A stretch of DNA of 64,000 nucleotides from Dehalococcoidia bacterium (lineage in GTDB: Bacteria > Chloroflexota > Dehalococcoidia > Lucifugimonadales > JAAXIE01). The first letter of the stretch is position 1. The number at the start of each line of letters is the position of its first letter. Shown here piece after piece: positions 60,559 to 64,000 of the stretch. The DNA lies in the NCBI GenBank assembly GCA_965197805.1, contig OZ240229.1:2596445-2660444 (forward strand), given 5' to 3'. The notes under the pieces were generated by a model. It searched no databases, was not told the origin of the DNA, and worked only from the letters and a program-made list of their open reading frames with translations. Position numbers and translations under genes: made by a program.

Positions 60559-60780
60559 GTCCTGCTGCTATTGATCCCATTCCACGTATGGGGGCCACAC
60601 CACGTATGGGGGCGTTGGATGCCGTGGGATGTGGCCGTCTGCCCCGTGACCACAGGTCTCGCTAGAATCGGCGGACTAGCGGGTGGGAAAAGGCGGGTGT
60701 GGACTTGAATGGCTTCCAGCGTAAGGAGCGGTGATAGTGCTGCCAGGGGGGTAGTGTATCAGTTTGAAACTGGGGGCCCG

Positions 60781-61251
60781 TCAGCATGGGCTACCGAAGC
60801 GTAGGCAGGGCAGCATATCACCTCCGGGGTCGGTTTCAGTCAAGTATCCTTGATCATTGAGGTCCGCTATCTCCGGCCATGTTTCTAGGTAGCGGAGCGC
60901 AGTAGCTGACGCGGCAAGATTGGTTTCGTGATAGTTGCTGCCCCATGTTATGTAGCTAAGTACGATCTTACCTAGGTTAGGGTTGTAGACAAAGCTGGAC
61001 TGGATGCTGTGCCCCCATATTGGGTCGTCACGCGGGACCTCACAAATGTGATCAGGTTGTGCTGATGTGTTAGCGACGACCAATCTCCCATTGCGGTCAT
61101 ACTGAATGTGTACTGTCTCACACGGTTGCCCAGCTACCCAAGTGTGCTTGGCATAGGTGGGGTCGTCTTCCCAACTTGAGCAACTTGCTAGCGCGATAGA
61201 TACCGCGCACAGCAGGGCGAGAACTAGAGGGAACCCAACGACGTTGGACAA
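60781..61251 (-). CDS. Hypothetical lipoprotein (cargo)
   Basis: TTG start, hydrophobic signal and lipobox LASC. No recognisable family. Confidence 0.55.
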   Translation of the reverse strand: MSNVVGFPLVLALLCAVSIALASCSSWEDDPTYAKHTWVAGQPCETVHIQYDRNGRLVVANTSAQPDHICEVPRDDPIWGHSIQSSFVYNPNLGKIVLSYITWGSNYHETNLAASATALRYLETWPEIADLNDQGYLTETDPGGDMLPCLRFGSPC

Positions 61252-61482
61252 AAGGAGCCCCCCCTTGCTGGAGAGATGATCGGGCTGCTCCTGGCACGAA
61301 TCAGCCGTCCCACAGCAGACCGCAAGGGGGCGTGAGACGCCCCATCTCGCTAATGGTCTGCTGGGCATGGGGCGACGCGCTCGTGCCAGGAGCAAGCGCA
61401 ATATAGCAGGAAGCTCTTGACAGCCTACCCCATAGTCGGTAGCGTTGAAGTATGCATATAGAGACCTCATAGGAGGCCCGTC

Positions 61483-61941
61483 ATGCCAACGGGACCTAAC
61501 GGAGAACGAAGGTCCGGGAACCCAATAGCCCGCGCCGTTCAGATCGGGAAGATTGCTACCGGAGAGGAGACTGACGGCGCTATGGGCATTTTTACGGCGG
61601 CTGTTCTTGTCGGCAATATGGCCGGCGGTGAGTTACACGATGTGGAGGCCATTGTTGACACCGGCTCCTTGCATACGGTACTGCCTCGTAGCCTCTTGAA
61701 TACACTAGGCGTCCAAACACCCTATCAATGTGCGGTTACCTTCGCCAATGGCATAGAGGATACTTGGGATATGGGCCAAGCACGATTCGAGATTGGCGAT
61801 AAAGTGCTTATCTGTAACGTCCTAGCAGGTCCGGAGCAAGAGGCGCTGCTAGGGGCGACAACACTTGAAGCGTTTGGGTTGATGGTGGACCCGATGAACA
61901 GTGCGCTTGTACCAAAACTCATTCGCGGGCGACCGCTGTAG
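61483..61941 (+). CDS. Clan AA aspartic protease with an N-terminal IS-associated peptide
   Basis: AIVDTGSLHTVLP and ALLGATTLEAFGLMVDP. N-terminus MPTGPNGERR...KIATGE. AGGAGG RBS. Confidence 0.8.
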   Translation: MPTGPNGERRSGNPIARAVQIGKIATGEETDGAMGIFTAAVLVGNMAGGELHDVEAIVDTGSLHTVLPRSLLNTLGVQTPYQCAVTFANGIEDTWDMGQARFEIGDKVLICNVLAGPEQEALLGATTLEAFGLMVDPMNSALVPKLIRGRPL

Positions 61942-62008
61942 GGCGTAACTGAGAGCGCCTGTAAAGCCTCGGCTGTAGGGCCGAGGCTTTTTATTTGTCG
62001 CATTTTGC

Positions 62009-62398
62009 TTGACAACTGTATCACCGATAAAGACCCGCGCACAGATTCTTCAGATGCTCCTTGAGGGTTCCTCCATTCGGTCTACGGCGCGTGTGACGGG
62101 CGTTGCTCGGGTGGTGACTGGGAATCCGCGGCGGGAGGACATCAGCACTTCCCATGTCGAGCGCCATAACCTCACAATACGGATGAGTATGAGGCGCTTT
62201 ACCCGGCTGACTAACGGCTTCTCGAAGAAGATGGAGAACCACGTGCACATGCTGGCAATCTACTTTGTCTCGTACAACTGGTGCAGGCCCCACAAATCAC
62301 TCGCAGGACAAACCCCGGCTATGGCAGCGGGCCTCGCAGACCGTCAGTACGACGCCAAGTGGATGCTTGGCTTGAATACTAAACTACGTTCAAACTGA
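62009..62398 (+). pseudogene. IS1-family transposase with central deletion
   Basis: N-terminal RAQILQMLLEGSSIRSTARVTGV joined directly to C-terminal ISTSHVERHNLTIRMSMRRFTRLTNGFSKK...TPAMAAGL. Confidence 0.8.
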
Positions 62399-62681
62399 TA
62401 CTACCCGCTGGGGGGCCTACTTGCGTTAGGTGGGGATTGTGCCGAGCAGACGGCAGACCCCATGGCCATTCCAGAGACGCCTGATATCATGCCCGCTCGA
62501 GAGCCTCGTTGGACCGAGAGGTCGCCAAAGCGAAAGAAAGGGACTGATGGGTTGGGGGGTTTGGTGAAGGGTGGGAGGCTATGCGGTCGCGTTGACTGTA
62601 GCTGTACGGCGCAGGTACACTCCCGCGAAGCTGATGTGCTGAAGTGGGTGTGTAGTCGGAAGATGCTTCGGAGACTCAGGG

Positions 62682-63914
62682 GTGGGACTGTTGCGAGTGG
62701 TGTTGGAGAAGCTGATTGGGGCCTTGGGGGCAGCCAGCCGCACCAACCACGGCCTGCTGGACTCTCTTGCGGGGATTCGGGCACGTCAGAGGTTGTCGCT
62801 TGCGGTGCGCTACTGGGGCTGGAGAAAGCTGTTCAACCTGATATTGGTGGAGTTCCAGCTATGGATAGGGCGCACTCGCGTGTGGGGCTACCCCTTCGAG
62901 TGGGAGGTCGACACCACCAACATCTGCCAACTGAAATGCCCCCTGTGTCATACCGGTCTCGGGACGGTACACCGCGAAAAGGGAACCATGCACTTCGAAA
63001 CCTTCACCTCAACCGTCGACCAAATGAAAAACTACTGTATCTGGCTCAGTCTCTACAGCTGGGGCGAGCCCTTCCTGAACCGGGACATCGACCGGTTCAT
63101 CGCCTACGCGCATGAGAAAAGCATCGCCACCATAGTCAGCAGCAACCTCAACAAGCCCCTCACTCCAGAAATGGCAGAGAGGCTGATACAGTCGGGCCTC
63201 GATGTGCTTATAGTCTCGTTGGATGGCACCACTCAAGACGTGTATGAGACGTACCGGGTGACCGGACATCTTGACCGGGTCCTGAACAACCTACGCCTGA
63301 TAGTGGAGACCCGCAAGCGTCTCGGCTCGAGGACTCCCTTCCTTGAGTGGCAGTACATCGTGATGCGCCAGAACGAGCATCAGATGGAGGATGCCCGGCG
63401 CATGGCCGAGGAGATGGGTGTGGACACCATCACCTTCAAGCCTGTGGACTTCCCTCACGGCGAAAAGGATATCGAACTGGCCCGACAGTGGCTGCCACAG
63501 GCGGAGCTTGATGCACGGCTAGCCAACCCGTTCCGCAAGCCCTACGCCGAGGACGGCTCGCGCTGCTGGAGGCTGTGGCGCAGCGCCGTGGTCAACTGGG
63601 ATGGAGGGTACGCGCCCTGCTGCTACCTGACCGACGCTGTGGACGATTTCGGCGATGTGCGCACCCACTCCATCAAGGAGATCTGGAACAACGACCTGTA
63701 CCGCACTGCGCGAGGACTATTCCGCGAGTCGGGGACACCCAAGCAGTATGTAGGATGCCTCGACTGTAGTGTTTACAATGGTTCCAAGGCCGCCAAGTCG
63801 CGCGACCCGGCCAGACTGCCGCGGCGTAATGGTTATTCGTCGCCCGCGTGGGCACCGCTGGTGGAGGCCAAGTCAAAGAGCCGCATCGAGGCTGGAGATG
63901 GCTCACAACAGTAA
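62682..63914 (+). CDS. Radical SAM/SPASM-domain protein
   Basis: CQLKCPLC, WGEPFLN, SSN, VSLDG. C-terminal CWRLW...PCC...C. Confidence 0.9.
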   Translation: MGLLRVVLEKLIGALGAASRTNHGLLDSLAGIRARQRLSLAVRYWGWRKLFNLILVEFQLWIGRTRVWGYPFEWEVDTTNICQLKCPLCHTGLGTVHREKGTMHFETFTSTVDQMKNYCIWLSLYSWGEPFLNRDIDRFIAYAHEKSIATIVSSNLNKPLTPEMAERLIQSGLDVLIVSLDGTTQDVYETYRVTGHLDRVLNNLRLIVETRKRLGSRTPFLEWQYIVMRQNEHQMEDARRMAEEMGVDTITFKPVDFPHGEKDIELARQWLPQAELDARLANPFRKPYAEDGSRCWRLWRSAVVNWDGGYAPCCYLTDAVDDFGDVRTHSIKEIWNNDLYRTARGLFRESGTPKQYVGCLDCSVYNGSKAAKSRDPARLPRRNGYSSPAWAPLVEAKSKSRIEAGDGSQQ

Positions 63915-64000
63915 ACACGAGTTGGCGCCAGTGGAGACGATTAAGGACGCCCATGAGTCGCACGGTCTCCGGATTTTCGTATCATCGCCGGTAAGGGAGA

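Larger units (their letters stand above)
60750..62405 (+). mobile_element. Non-autonomous IS1-family-like cargo element
   Basis: IRL GGTAGTGTATCAGTTTGAA (60750-60768) and IRR TTCAAACTGATACTACC (62389-62405, 2-nt deletion). Deleted transposase next to the IRR. No target duplication seen. Confidence 0.75.

Noticed and set aside
58595-63914. Complete prophage
   Set aside because: No integrase, att sites, portal, capsid, tail or lysis genes are in the window.

Overview
A GC-rich bacterial chromosomal window. The gene content suggests Chloroflexota/Dehalococcoidia, SAR202-like (inference only). From about 1.9 to 47 kb it is mostly intact housekeeping and catabolic genes: pncB, a fused ETF beta-alpha, gcvT-gcvPA-gcvPB, a two-permease type VII ABC system, a DEAD-box helicase, typA, udgB, and a long minus-strand run of cysS, 2-oxoacid dehydrogenase E1a/E1b/E2, lipB, a UGSC selenoprotein, its partner and an amidohydrolase. 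rnpB lies at about 48.6-49.1 kb. From about 47.9 kb onward the DNA is patchy, with several broken genes, tandem and iteron-like repeats, an orphan terS-terL pair and an IS1-like cargo element. Most notable observations: (1) an apparently complete cysteinyl-tRNA synthetase fused to a GT2 glycosyltransferase domain; (2) a hidden UGA-recoded UGSC selenoprotein with a candidate SECIS; (3) two mirror-image sigma70 promoters, each with a LexA-like box in the spacer, next to TGTGACA iterons and an isolated terminase pair; (4) a non-autonomous IS1-like element carrying a lipoprotein and an aspartic protease. All calls come from motif reading without database searches.
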